Positions 23,501-36,819 of a DNA stretch of 45,990 nt are shown one piece after another. Every line of letters starts with the position of its first letter. Positions within the stretch are counted from its first letter, which is position 1. Both the position numbers and the translations under genes were made by a program. This stretch comes from Callorhinchus milii (lineage: Eukaryota): contig NW_024705422.1 of assembly GCF_018977255.1 (NCBI RefSeq), positions 1 to 45,990 of the forward strand, given 5' to 3'. The notes below the pieces were generated by a model, which searched no databases, was not told where the DNA came from, and was given only the letters and a program-made list of their open reading frames with translations.

Positions 23501-23912
23501 AGGAGTACTACATCTCCTAGCGCTGGCTTTCTGCTGGCCTGCCCTATGTAAAGCCACGTGTCGTACATCTACGATGTCTGTGCAGGTGTCTGGTGGATGG
23601 CAAAGTCTCGTATGATGCTCGCTCACTTCTGGCTTCCTGCTCCGGCAAAGTGACAACGTCCTTCGCTTCTTCATAGATTCCTTCCGCTTCCTTGCGACGT
23701 TGACCAACAATGGCGATCAGGTGATCTACTGTCATGCAGGCTTCTACAGAAACCACCTTTTAGCCACGTGGTAGGCAGTGTGGTTGAGTAATAACCATCT
23801 TCCTCTTCTCGGTCCAGGTTTTCGTCTTCTGCCAGCTGAAGGTTGCAGATGTTGCTACATCTCCAACGGCTGTCAATAAAGCTTGCACCTACAGCCCCTC
23901 GGCTGCATACAG
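20515..23912 (+). CDS. ZP3: Zona pellucida glycoprotein ZP3/ZPC, exons 1-7; 3' exons missing (assembly gap)
   Basis: Exons 20515-20569, 21046-21257, 21673-21785, 22359-22462, 23059-23236, 23586-23720, 23818-23912. Translation: MEITRALFSVLGLLCLASAAVA, VSVVCDEATLTLTVSRDLFGTGHL, CGSSLQ, IIRTNYVAVPVVCRYPRKGNVSSNAIKPTWIPF, NHVPLRIFVVSCFATP, GCLVDGK, LRFFIDSFRF, VFVFCQLKV...NKACTY. These are diagnostic ZP3 motifs with conserved intron phases. One frameshift near 23615-23630. The CxCC subdomain, furin-site and TM exons were not found. Confidence 0.92.
22616..22935. mobile_element. Foldback MITE-like element in ZP3 intron 4
   Basis: Imperfect inverted arms of ~115 bp (22616-22730 versus 22790-22903), for example agaataggttt...ggcaccaggtgtt versus aacacctgttgcc...aaacctattct, and tggtcagaatgcaa versus ttgcattctgacca. 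The terminus tcatattttggtactggcaaaggaggtccc is shared with 18202 (inverted) and 34255. Confidence 0.7.
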
Positions 23913-24255
23913 GTTGGTCTGCTTCCTTGCATTGCCCAGCAATTTGTTTTTCAGTGTCTTCCATCCAATAGCTCAATCCATGCCTTGCATGTGGGCTACA
24001 TATTATTGCATGCCTGTGTGCTTGACCAATATCCCTGAGACCTGACTTTGGTTTCTAGCTGCAACTGGTATTACAACATTTCCTGTGCAGTCCCACGGGT
24101 CTTCTCTTGTTTAGATGTATTCAGGTGATTATTGGTCATAGCCTACACTTGTCTTGCGTTTAGCAACAAGTGTGTAGAAGCCTGCAAATGACGTCTGTCA
24201 TTCGTTTGAGCTCCTTTTGAAAAATCTCAGCCTCGTAGCCAGAGTTCAAATCTCA

Positions 24256-24285
24256 NNNNNNNNNNNNNNNNNNNNNNNNNNNNNN
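24256..24285. other. Assembly gap (30 N)
   Basis: Run of n characters. Confidence 1.
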
Positions 24286-27200
24286 GAAGCCTATTCATTG
24301 TAGAGGGTTGCTTAACGGACGGAGGCTCGGAGGGTGCGAAGGTGCATAAATGTTGCGGACGAATAGGGGGAAAAACCGCGACTGTTTAGCCTGGAGCGTC
24401 CGCCTCTCATCAGGTGGGGTCTACGGATAATTTTTCGATAACGTTGCTTGGACCTGGTGATAATAATGAAAACAAGAGGCGGTTCACCACTGTGCTACCC
24501 AAATAGAGACCCCATCCTTCAGGGCCTTACACCTTAGTTATACCTTGCGCTCATTGTCTGGATCCTTCCCTAATGTGGCGCGACCCAACAACGCTTGGTA
24601 TGCGGACGTACCTGTTTAATTCCAGTGTGTGTTCGGGCTGCCTATCAGTAGCCTCACCTAACACCGTCTGCTCGGCCAGTTTATGTTCCCAGATTCCCTC
24701 TTACTACCCGTGAGGTAACCGAGGACCGCTCGAGTTAATGTTGCGATATCACAGCGCTTAATAACGATGGACAATATACGACGTCCTCATAACCAGTCAA
24801 CCAATAGTTGGTGTGGGAACGTACGATGCAGCCGATAGCCCCTTGGGTCCTCCCTTATTTGTGGATGTACGCTTTGTTACTGTGCCCTACCATGTAGCCA
24901 CGCCGATTTCTAGTTCCTGGACATCAGGTCTCCAACCCCTAGCTATCAGTCCTATTTGTGTGTCACTGATCTGGAGAGTAGGTCGCGGCTCGCAACGGTC
25001 ACTGACCCACAAATCTACACCGACTCTCAAGCAGGCGACGCTCAAGGACCAATTAGGACTCTCTGCTCCTCCTAAGAGGGATCCTACGTAGGTTTTGGTC
25101 AATCTGAATAAATATACTGGACACGGGCTCCTCGTGTATGCCGAAGAGCAAACATCTACCGGCGAACCTCGGCACAAACGAAAGACTGGCAGCATTACTA
25201 GTAGTACTTATGTACTGATTTTCAGTTTGTTTAAGCCGATGATGGTTCTGTTTCGCGGGCAATCGGACTTACCAAGCCCATCTGTCCTCTACTAGACGTA
25301 TAGTGGCGAGGGCCACAGCCTGGGCGTCGTCATATGATCATCCTAACGATCGCCTATATCCTCATCGCTCCTTGGCTGCATCACCATACTACAAAGTTTT
25401 CAGCTACAGAGAGCGCTGAGGTCTCTGACCTCAAATAAGCTATGGTATTTATTAGGGGGCACTTAACTATTGCACAGAACTCTAAATTCAAACCGTGCAA
25501 ATCCATCTACTAGCGCTCATTTAGTAGTGTGTCAACCAGGTAAGTTCTTGTGCTAGTTGTCGGAATCGGATGGCGGTGTGTTGAGAGAACGGAGACTCCC
25601 CCTACTCTGCTTTTGTCTTAAGCGAGGCGCAAAGAGAGACAGAATTTCGGTTGCGAAATCCGCGAAAGCTCAGTCTCGGAACTTAAGGTGACTCATGCGT
25701 CTTAGGAGCAATGACAAATGGGGGATCGACCAACAGGCCCGACATCCAGTATTAGGTTCGAATGGTCAGTGCAGTCAAGTATTATAAATGGTGTTATTAA
25801 TGAAGCATACCTTAGTTCGATCAGTCAAACCTTCGTATACGCAGTAGTTACAATGAGTTTGCATTGGAATTGCTGAATCTCCCCTGTTTTCCGATGCCAA
25901 CAAGAATTATTTGAAATTAGCCTACTACACGTAGGCGACGTTCCGCCCTAAGAAGCGGGAAGTCTTAGAACTCTAATTACTACGTTTTCACACATTATGG
26001 TGTGGCGAATGAAGTGCGGCCGGTGTTTTAACGGCTAAGTCCTAGGTAGGTCTGCCATGAGCGCTTTCCGTTCGTCATCGTCCTTGAATGCCACTCACAT
26101 TAGCTCAGAGTGCAACGGATCTAACTCAATTAATCCCTCGCCGCCGACCGGAAGAGTCCAGGTGTAGGATGGTATCTTGGAAATCCGCGATTCTTTAGTT
26201 TTATTCCGCATTTCTTCTGTACCTGGCGTGTTAGCCTAGTGACTGGTCAATGGTCCCAGACCCGAGTGTCCTAGAAATGTCCGCGCTACACGTTTGGGCC
26301 TCGGCCCTGACTACTGGAGCGGACCCGTAATATGTGGAGTTCCGGAGTTTCTCTGTCACTACCCGGCACAACCCTAATCACAATTTTGTGCGTTCCTTTT
26401 CTTGCCCATGGACTACGCCGTATGAGTCACTACAGCGTCGCGCCGAACCAAGGGATGCGTCGCACGGGCGACTGGGTGTGGGGCGCAGAATGGCCGGACA
26501 GTAGTAGCTACTCTCTGCGTACGTACGGAGAATGAATACCAGACTATAGGCCCCAAACAATCTGAATCCCGATAGGATGTTCTGGGATAAAGTGCGCAGC
26601 CATAAAAGACGTTTGACTGGTACTCGCGCCACGTCTCCTACTAATGCACAGTTTATGGCTAACTTAGAGCAAAACGGGCTTTTGTTGCTAAGTGATCAGG
26701 ATCGCTGCTACACAGAGTACGACAATTAATGTGCCACACCAGTACATCCCAAAGAGTGCAAGGTGACCCCGGGCCCACGTAAACCCCCACATTTACGAGA
26801 CGTTGAGAATCTCTGGTAAAATGATCTCAGACCGCGATTTATCCGGGCTAGAACCACCACATCACTTAGGGAAGCGCCAAGAGCGAGGCATAGTGTTCGC
26901 GTCGGGCTAATGATCAGCGTCGGCATAGAAACCGACCGAATTGGCAGCAAGGTCGCTGGTGTAGATTCCGTATTAGTTTCTGACTCATGTGACACGTTAT
27001 CATCCCGTCGACAGCGGGCTTCGTGTTCTTCCCTATCTGACTACGCAATCTGGTACAAGGTGGCGGATATCTTTGAATGGAGGCCTAGCCATTCAACTTT
27101 CTTACATTTTGCTGCATTTGTCGTTATTCCTGTCTCGGACAAGTCCTAACGACACGAGGCCACTTTTTCAAAAAGTAGAGGGTCATCCCTTGGATTCAGG

Positions 27201-30200
27201 CATGCGTCCACTATGGCGGACAGGAACGTGCGCCGGGGCGTATGGGCCGCAGTTAGCGGCCATTTGCCTGCCATATCTCTGTTAGCGCCCGTAGAGCAGG
27301 GATTAACCTGGCATCAGCTGCTGACCAAAATACCCCTTAAACGTGAAGATCCACTGCCTGCTTTGATAGTTAGGCTTCGCGCTTCCTTGTACGATTCCAA
27401 ACTCGTATCTCCATAGTATGGGATTCCGTCATCGCGATCAAGCTTATGAGACGGTGTCACCAGCTCAGGTAGGCATTCTCAAGTGACGATCGAATGTAGT
27501 AGAGGCTATAGAAGGTGTATTAGATTCGCGCAGGATCCAGATCTCGCGGACACTATCTCTTATTCGTCGTAACGTTTATACGCAGAAATCTGCAGTGCAC
27601 CTCACTCCTAGTGTAATCACTTATATAAAAGTAATATAGCTCCCGCAACATTCCATTGAACGCTGCTGGAGGTCGTTCCTGAAAGGGACACGTTGCCCAA
27701 GCGTGCCGCGATCAGTTTCTGGAAGGGTGCTGCCGATCTGGACGCTTAACAGGCAGTTTTCAGCCGGATTCGGAAAGCCAGGATAGACCTGGTACATGTA
27801 TTTCTTTCGCAAATAACATCACTGAAAAAAACTGAATCTGGTAGTGGGGTTTGGATGATAAATAGTAGATCGCGCGTCATCTGAGGTCCAGCCCGAGTAG
27901 CCGGCTGGTATGCGGGGTCCCAAGATGATGTTCTGATTGGATTAGTGGTCAATGGGCGTAGTCAGAGATTTTGTTACACAGTTTCCAAGTCTAATCAGTT
28001 ACTGAAGTATTAAAAGTGGTAAATGACTAGTTTGGAGTAGCTCAGAGCTCTGATAATGAATGGTGTATTGATGTAAGTTCGGCGATAAATTACACACGTC
28101 CCTGTCGACGGTCGCATCGCAAAAAACTAATAGAACCCAGATCGTCTCGAATCAACCAAACATACGCGGTTCTGACAGCCATCATGAAATACGGGTGTCT
28201 ATCGTCAATTCATCGCAACTTGTAGATCCCACGTGCACAGGCGCACGTACGGACAGTTTGGTATGCGCCGCTGATTCTACTTATTTTGATCCGGTGGAAC
28301 CAGTATGGGGGCCCTTGGGCAACGCAATGGTTATGAGATTGATAAATCCTCAAAACCGTTCCGCTGTATACATTGTTTTGAGCGGAGAATGGTTGTTAAG
28401 TCGTTGGTGGTCGTGTTTTACGCAGCACAACGCCATCCTGTGCACGCCAAATGTAGTTTCCGTCCGGCGAATCGGCCTGATGTCCCGCCACAGCATAGGA
28501 CTTGGCATCCGTACTCCTTTTCAATGCTCTTGAGCCTAGGGAATGACTCGAATTGGTTGGGTCTCACATCTGCCAAATAATTTCTGTTACCCCCAGGGAC
28601 ATTAAGAACTTTCCGCACCAAATGGACACATCATGCGCCCTCTGGCTTGGGAGAGGCGCCCTCCGCAATTATTTCCACCGCAGCCTACCCCCATGAGGTG
28701 ATAATCATCCCAGGTACTATTATAAATGTGAATTACCACTACGAAGTGGGATTGGTGTTTCGGTATTCGCGGGAAGGTTTTCGATGCGTGGACCAGTCAG
28801 GACCTTTCTATTCTCGTCAGTGCCATCAGAACTGCGGAAGGACATACTCCGCCCTCCTAGCCGTTTTGTACGATCCCGACTTGTGACCGTTAGTTAGTTA
28901 CTTATTTCTAGTGCAAATAGAGAGCCCGACGGCATGCAGGAGCCTGCTATAGAGGATTCACAAATGACCCATGGAGGGAGATTATATGGGGTCCCCACGT
29001 GAAGAGATACCCTCTGAATAACCTGTAACTGTGTGGCTCCGAATTAAGCAGAGTCGCCACACAGTGTAAAGGAGGCAGCAACTAGAACTTGCTTGAATCA
29101 TTTGGAGAAGCATAGTGCCCAAGTGCAAAACGCGTCTGAACATGCCCGCCCGCAAAAAATAGAACAGGATAGATTTACGCCTGACCGAATTCGGAAGTAG
29201 AAATCGGCTTTTAGGTGTGGAATTTAACTGCCTGCCAGAGGTGGGTTTACGACAGACGCCGTGTGGTAAAGGCTCAATGGTACGGAACACGCGGGCTTTC
29301 CCACAAGCAAAAACCTTAATCGCAATAGGCGAACGCTCTTGTCGTGCCCGCTAGCACCGACTCACCGTCAGCTTGCCCTGTTCGAATGCCGACCTAAGTT
29401 CGCGGAATACAGGCCAAGACGGGGAGGGAGGATTTCTCACCCAGCGACAGGTCGGTGTTCCTTTTCCCACGTACCACTCTCACCGTGAGGACGTGGTAGC
29501 GAACCCTCACAGGAGTTGGCGCGTGCCCGAAAACATTCGTCTAATAGCCGCTTCTCTACAGTGACAAGTGAAAAGGGTATGAGCGCTCAAAGGGTTCTTC
29601 CGAAGGGCTAAGTTGTCCCTGCGGAGATTTCAGACCTCTTGCGTCGTGTGGTAATAGTTCTAGGGTCCAGGTAAGGAACGCGAGATGGGGAGTGATCAAA
29701 CGCTTGTCTCCTCCGCACCCTCGGCAAGTTGATTTCTATATGGGACCGTATTCTGGCCTCCAAGGTTGTTAATGAAGGCACTGGTGCCGTGTAGACCGCC
29801 GTCGTGCAAGCAAGCCCATCAGGCCTGCATGAAGTGTTTACGCAACTGAGTTATATATATATGCTGTCCTTCCCAGTACGTTAGAATGGCCCAGCGGCGG
29901 TCACATGGCTCCCTACATCAGTTGCAGGCTAAGCCCGGGGCGTTAAGTAGATCATACAGTACGGCTGGCAATATCAAGATAGCGTGATCTCACTAGGAGA
30001 TAAAGGGGTTTGCACCTCTATCGCATAACGCCGAAAAGGTGAGACGGTAACATTTCGCAGGTGGCTGCCCAATGTTTGTATGAAAACACTAGCGTCCGAC
30101 GAGTTTGCTAGAACCACGAGAGTAAAATAATAACAAGGACAACGCTACTAGCCTAGTTCTTGGGGGATCTAGGCATGGTCAAGATGCGTCAGCTTTTGGG

Positions 30201-32377
30201 TCGATTGACGGCTGCCGCATATGCGTGGAAAGCTGGCTGCGGGACCCCGAGTAAGCGACACATGCCCTATCGTCTTCATCGAAATCCCAGGTCTCGGCAT
30301 TAGCTATTATCCTTCCCGGAGTGTACGGATCTCGATTCGCCACATCAACTCCGCCTACTCCTAATGGTTTGGAAGGAGCCTCCGTGCTTAACATTCCATA
30401 TCGCCTCTGATGTCCACGCTCTGTCGCCGTTTTCTGAAGCATACCAAAACAATGCACGTGCGCGGTGCGCAAAAGTGCACGGCACTCTGCTCAAATCGTA
30501 AGGCAGTTCGTTATTACGATGGAACAGGCCGCCTGGACTGAACCTAAACCGCTTAAAGGGACTATAAGCATGCATTACATGAAGACTGACTCAAAATGGA
30601 ATGACGATGCTTTTTGTAGTATACTGCATCACCGAGATGTCATGATCTTGGGCGGCGGTGTGTTGTATTATGCTCTCTCTAATTAGGGTCGAAAGCCCGA
30701 TGTTATGAGGAGCCGAGGTATGGACTGGCTCGTATAGTCGTACGTGTAGCGGCAAAATTTGTACCGATGGGTTTCACAGGGCTTTCCCGCTAACGGCTCT
30801 TATGATATCTCGCTTACCCCGCAATCTTCAGACACAAGATCCCTTCAAGAAGATTTTCTCGGTCCACCGCAGATTTGTTAAAAACGATAGAACAAGGGGC
30901 GATCCAGGGAAAGTCTCAGGCGGCTAAAAAAGTTCCAAAAGGTAGGTTTTAGGATCCCCGCTATCATGGCTGGTAGTCCACGTGGCAAAAGGCGTAATTT
31001 TCTATACGCTCGCCCGTGAGTTCAGAGAGAAAGCCGTTGAGGTCCGCCCCGCTGCACCCGCATACGAAAAGGTGAGTACAGAAACCTTCCCCCTCTGCAT
31101 CTGCGCCACACCCGCTATTCAAGTCGGCTTATACGGGTCACAGTAAATCGGGTTTCTAAAGTGGCATTAAGTGCTCGACGGCATAGCTTCGAGACCCGAA
31201 TGCATAGGATCATACGCTCACCCTAGATTTCATCGGGGGATCTGTCTGGGAAAACCTTGGGAACACACACATGTTGGGACTGGCGAGAAGGAAATTCACC
31301 GTATGACGATGCGCCCAGCGGGTTGCCTACTTATGGGTTAAGTAATTCCTGACGCCATATCGAGCTTCGATGACCTCAGAGCTGACAACATCTTTCGCAA
31401 ATCGTCTAGACCTCCATCCATCCGTTCAAACTATAGACAAATTGTTGTTGCAAAATCACCGCCGAGGATAAACTCGCATGGCAGTCACTCACGCTCGAAA
31501 TTAGCTCGTCGAGCTCTTGAAGATCAGATAGGCAAATAAAGTAACCGATTACTTCCCAATCCACTATCCTTGTCTTGGAGTGTTTTCCATTGGCGGCTAA
31601 AGCGAGGGTAGTAGGTTAATAGGAGCTTCAGTAACCCACAGCTGGCCTCATGTATAGGATAGCGCTATTCGTGGTCCCTCCTTGTCGATAGCTCCTTTGG
31701 GACCACCAATGCAGGTTGTCCGATCGTGACACCGAAGATTTCAGCTGCGTTGTGGTCAACAATAGAACACTCCTCCCCCTATCAAACTTCTGACAACCGG
31801 TTACTTATGTAGGACCCTTACTGGGCAGCCTTGTTTCGAGATCGTGGCCCGTGTGTTTACCGTTTCAAAGCTTAGAATGGGCGGACGACTGAGGGCTGCG
31901 ATAACTCGCCAGCAGTTGAGATGAACACAGGGAGAACATTAGCCCTGGATCGGAATTGCACTTAAAAAATCCATTTGACTTCTGTAAAGCAGTGGGCAAG
32001 TAGCCAAGCAGAGAATAGAAGGAGTCTGCCCCGCAATGCCTGCCCTCGGAATCGCCATTCGGATGAGAAATTGTTCATTACGGACACAGACAGTTGGCAC
32101 CTCTCGGGGACGTATTCTTAGGTCGAAGCCAGTAGTTCCTAAATGCTCGGGTTCGGTTCGGTGTCTATCATTAAAAACAGTTAGCCCTATCGTGCGGGGT
32201 ACATGTCCTGAGACAAGCCACGGTGCTATTGACAACGGGAGTATTGTTGATGTAGAAATCTCTTTAGCCATTAATTTTTGCCCTGTGAAGGACTTGATGA
32301 AACTTATCTCTTTGGACCAGGTTCCATAGGAAATCGCGAAGACTTTGGCTACACGTAAATGACCGAGATGCCAAGGG
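24286..32377. other. Featureless, random-looking ~8.1-kb block
   Basis: Even base usage with abundant CpG and TpA, almost no long homopolymers or simple repeats, no recognisable exon, TE or protein motif, only short chance ORFs, and no similarity to the rest of the window. Abrupt junction into the Gypsy copy at ~32378. Confidence 0.75.
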
Positions 32378-33713
32378 CGTGTGCGGGAAGCTGTGGGGAC
32401 GCGGGTTGCGCATGTGGCCGCCATTTTTTACGTACACGGGTGGCCTCGGAGATGTTTGGGTTGCACGTGTGAACTATTTCTGGGCAAGAGCAGGCATTTT
32501 TTTTTGTGCCATGTCGATTTCACATATTTTCACAAAAAATGTAGATACTGGGGCATCCCTGAAGTGAGACTTTTTGCCCAGTACATGGGTCAGCCTGGAA
32601 GCATGACTTCCTTGACCCGGGATGTTGTACAACATCCAACGTTGTACCTTTGGGTGCAGTTTACTGGCTCGACCTTGAAGCGTGACTTCCTTCAGCCAGC
32701 ACATGGGTCGACCCTGAAGTGCGACTTCTCGACCTGGGACGTAGGGAGACCTCCGAATGTTAAGCAGTGTGTGTAGGTGGGTGTTAGACTTTCGGTCTTC
32801 GCCCTATTGCCACCTGTGGGGTGGAACGGTGCAGAGCGGTGTGAGACCCTGCCATCCATGGGGTGGTTGTATGAATTTGGTTTGATTACCGGTGTTGGTT
32901 GCGCATCCAACGCGTCGAAATCTATGTATTTTAGTTTTTCTTTCTTCCGCTGGGCGGAATACGATCATCTCCACTTCCCTGGGCCCGGGTGGCTGTCATG
33001 TCCGACGAGCTGAGGCGCAGGCTTGTGGTGCTGTGCCTCAGGTGGTTTCTTCTCGTCACAGGATTCCTGCACCTGCCGCCCTTGGAGTCGCCGGTTGTGC
33101 TGACCGGATGTGGACTTGAAGGGGCAGTGGAGCGCCCGTACATCACTCCTGCTCATCCTGTTGCCCAACTCCTGGGGAGGGGCCGTGCCCTCTTTGGGCC
33201 TTTTTCAAGTTCCCCCGGGACCTCCAGGGAGAGCGTGCTTGCCTCCCCTGAGGGCTCGGCCACGCGAACTCCTTCGAAAGACTGGCCGCTGTGCATGACT
33301 CTGACGCCTTGTTGATTGCTTACACCGTTGTCGAACAGTCACATTAACATGTCGGTCCGTGCATACAATTTCACATGGATGGGCTGTGCTGAGGGAAAAG
33401 TGGGTTGACCAGTTATTCTCGGTGAACATGTGTTTATTGTTGGTTCCCCTCGTTCCATACGTTTTACCCTTCCCCCCTCTCGTGTGTGTACATATGTTCT
33501 CGCGGTAATTATTATCGTCGCCGGTTATTTATTGATGTTGTTGTTGGAGACTGTTTTTTCTGTATTGTCACAGCCAGGATGGCTGTTTTTTTACATGGGG
33601 GAGGGTGATGTAATGATTGTATTATTACTACTGTGTACACACTCACACATGTGACGTCACTATGCCGGGAGCGTCACTACCACGTGGGTCTACACACACA
33701 CATGACGTCATCC
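32378..33713 (+). mobile_element. 3' part of the Gypsy-type element, paralog of 5605-6946 (PPT 33597-33608, truncated 3' LTR from 33609)
   Basis: Colinear high-identity match to 5605-6946. It starts at the last YY1-like repeat unit. Confidence 0.85.
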
Positions 33714-34147
33714 AGATATATAAACATAGACGTAACTTCATCCGAGAAGATGGATACAAATTGAGCAATCATTGGAAGGATGTTATTAACCAGGTAAAAC
33801 CTTAACTGCTTCATGGTTTGCCTTAATGTCCGCATCTACAGTCTCTTACACCCAGCCCTGCTCATTCCCATCATTCGGAAATTTGCCGTTGCATGTCGAG
33901 CTTGCAGCGCAGGTCATTTACCGCTCCCTGCTCCTCAGGTTATCTGCCGTCAATGTCATTTTTGCTTCCCCCCCCCCCACCCTCTTTATCCTTGGCTACA
34001 CCCCCTCCCTCCCTCATCTATATAACCCCCTGTTACTAGCAGCTCTTTTGCCTACTTTAGCAACTGTTTTTTTCTGTGGTTGTCCCACCTGATGACGGAC
34101 ACTTGTGTCGTGTCCGAAACGTCGATGTTTATTTATTTATTTAGCTA
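33714..34147 (+). mobile_element. Penelope-like 3' end, paralog of 6948-7385
   Basis: IYKHRRNFIREDGYKLSNHWKDVINQVKP* (end of ORF 33617-33805) plus pseudo-LTR with hammerhead motif. Confidence 0.75.
34084..34127 (+). ncRNA. Minimal hammerhead ribozyme motif, copy 2
   Basis: CTGATGA (34089-34095), C, GGACAC/TTGTGTC/GTGTCC, GAAAC GTC. The stem II G-C pair of copy 1 is an A-T pair here. Confidence 0.7.
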
Positions 34148-34558
34148 GTTCTTTTGTTTGTATTATGACTGCAGGTATTGCGGTCTATGCAAACATGACT
34201 CCTTGTAAAAAGGTGTCAGTTTTGTTGCCAGATAGAAGGGTAAAAAAACAATTATCATATTTTTACTGGCAAATGAGGTTCCCATAGTGTAGATGCTTGC
34301 CCCGAGCTCTCATACTCTGATGGTGCATTGTCTTTGAGTTGTGCGCCTTTTGGCGTCATCTGGTCCAACCCATGTGAGACTAGGCTCTAAGGAAAGCTGT
34401 CTCGGTTGTGGACCAATCAATTTCAAGGACAGTGCACATTATCAGAGTTATGTTCTTTTGTTTGTATTATGACTGCAGGTATTGCGGTCTATGCAAACAT
34501 GACTCCTTGTAAAAAGGTGTCAGTTTTGTTGCCAGATAGAAGGGTAAAAAAACAATTA
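34148..34558 (+). repeat. MITE-family repeat with an identical 107-bp direct repeat (34148-34254 and 34452-34558)
   Basis: gttcttttgtttgtattatgactgcagg...gggtaaaaaaacaatta occurs twice, 304 bp apart. Related to 18202-18419 and 22616-22935. Confidence 0.75.
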
Positions 34559-34559
34559 A

Positions 34560-36060
34560 CCAATTGTTGAATGATATCAGGAAAAACAAGTACTACAGTA
34601 TCTTACTTGACTCAACTCCTGATCTAGGACATCGGGAACAGCTTTCTCAGGTCATAAGATTTGTGGATGTGGATTTTAAAACTAAAAAACTAACTATCAA
34701 AAAATATTTTTTTTTAGGTTATATCGATATACATGCAAAAGATGCAGCAAACCTAGAGAGAGTCATCGTCGAAAGACTGAAATCTGACAACATACCTCTA
34801 GCCGACTGTCAGGCACAATGTTATGACAATGCTGCTGTGATGACTGGGCATATATCCGGCCTTCAACAACGAATGTGACAAAAATCACAGAGCATTGTTT
34901 GTCAACTGTGACAACCACAGCTTAAACTTAGCAGGAGTACACTCAGCTAAACAGGATCCACATTTCGTCACATTTTTTGGAACAGTTGAAAGTATATATT
35001 TGTTTTTCTCTCGTTCAACAATTCGTTGGGAAGAGTTAAAAAAGCTGTGCCCATCACAGTAAACGGGAGTCTGAAACATGCTGGAGTGCACGATCAGAAG
35101 CTGTTAAAGCTATCTATGAAGGACTGGATGAACTCGTAGGGCTGCTCGACAAATTATCGGAGGACGTAACTATGACGCCTGAAACCAGAAGCGATGCAGA
35201 ACAGTTACAGGCATGCGCATTAAATTTTAACTTCATAGTTATTACATTTCTAGAATGTCATTCTTGGAAAAATGTATCGTGTTCAGAAGCGCTTACAGGA
35301 ATTTTTGGAAAACGGGGCATAGATACAACAGGATCCTACTATGAGCTTCAAGGAAGCAGCAACTGATCTTGAATCTTTGGAGCATGAATTTGTCAAGCTT
35401 CGTGATGATTTGAGCCAAGTTGCTGTAGAAAATGCCAAAACAAGATGCACAGCCTGGGGGATCGATGTGGACAGAAGAAGATGCCAGGAGAACTGGCAAG
35501 AGATGCAGGACTTTCAGCAGAAGAAATTGTGCGCGTTATGAAGAGCGTACTTTATCGACTTCCAGAATGTCACACGGTTTTTACGACTAAAAGACCTGAA
35601 CACAAAATATGGATTTCTGCTGGACGTCAAAACTCTTCTATCCGACACAGATGTCAATGCAATTCGTCGAAATTGCAGATTTTGGAAATTTCTATGACAC
35701 CGACAATGGCCACGAACTTTTCAGAATTGGAGATTGCAAAATGCTGCTCAGTAACCGGAATTAAGTTCTTCCAGAAACTCCTTTGGATCGTTTGTGTTTT
35801 ATGGACGACATATTTCCGAATTTGCGAATTTCACTGCAAATTTTATTAACAATAGCAGTTTCAATTGCAAGCTGTGAGCTGGTCGTTCAGCAAATTGAAA
35901 CTTATGTCGTATTTGCGTGCTTCAATGGGACAAGATCGTCTCAGCGATCTTGCTCTTCTTAGCGTTGAAAGAGAAACATTGGAAAAAAAGATTTTGATTA
36001 CGTGATTGACCAGTTTGCGACAGTGAAAATCAAGAAAAATTATCTTTTGTAGACTGTCAA
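34560..36060 (+). mobile_element. Degenerate hAT transposase (DUF4371/ZMYM1-like, Tip100/Zaphod-type) remnant
   Basis: KYYSILLDSTPDLGHREQLSQVIRFV and QCYDNAAVMTG (34564-34878); FVNCDNHSLNL; C-terminal dimerisation-domain sequence AVSIASCExSFSKLKL...YLRASMGQDRLSDLALLSVERE (~35850-35975). Multiple frameshifts. Confidence 0.88.
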
Positions 36061-36819
36061 CCAGTCTACACGTGACTGAGTGAGCCATGTAATATAATTT
36101 CTATAAATTAGCTTCTTTAAATACAATGTTTCATTAAAATTTAAATTGTTATTCCTTATTCGATGTAATAGGAAAATGTGATTAAACTGGGGGGGGGGGG
36201 GGGGGTCATGCCCAAGGAGTTAAACGTTGACGAACCGAGGAGGCAGAGTTTATCCAGCATTCACCCCAATGCAGATAGACGGATGCGTCACTGCTTCAGA
36301 ACCAGGGATCTGAAACAAGCCACTTGTGCACAAGGCCACAAAGAATGTCTAGTCAAGCCTCCATTAGCGTTGTGGTTGTCTTTTCCAGGGGCAGAGCACT
36401 TTTGGCAATGTAGACAGATGCTTTGTAATGCTACAACCAAGGTCAACCCAACCTTTACTTAAAGCTAGTTAAAGTTGGCAGTATTCCGTTTCTCCCCCCT
36501 TGCCCCACATTCTTGATGTTCCTTTGAAATAGTTTGTTAGTGTGACGGAAAAATTGTCTCTGGAACATAATGTCCACATTTGCGTGTTTGGGGAAAAGGA
36601 TTCATTAGGTCAAAATAAAAGAAACCTGGATTCAGATTCTTTAAGCATGGCAAGGTGCTCTTGTTTGAAGCCAAAGGCCTAAACCTTGGTACACGTTGCT
36701 GCTATCGAGGGACTTGCCTTGGGGAAGAAACGTGGCCAAATGCAGCACTAACACTACCTACATATTGCACACATACAATCCTCGTGAAAGGTCAGAACAG
36801 CAGTAGCGAATTTAAGAAT

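Noticed and set aside
25655..26190. Repeated 11-mer GAAATCCGCGA (~25655 and ~26180)
   Set aside because: Several 11-mer matches are expected by chance in 8 kb; there is no third copy or regular spacing.
24813..32424. Short ORFs in the post-gap block (e.g. 24813-25295, 28195-28533, 31939-32424) as a novel gene cluster
   Set aside because: Lengths are what chance gives, many start at non-ATG codons, and they show no recognisable domains, operon-like packing or splice structure.
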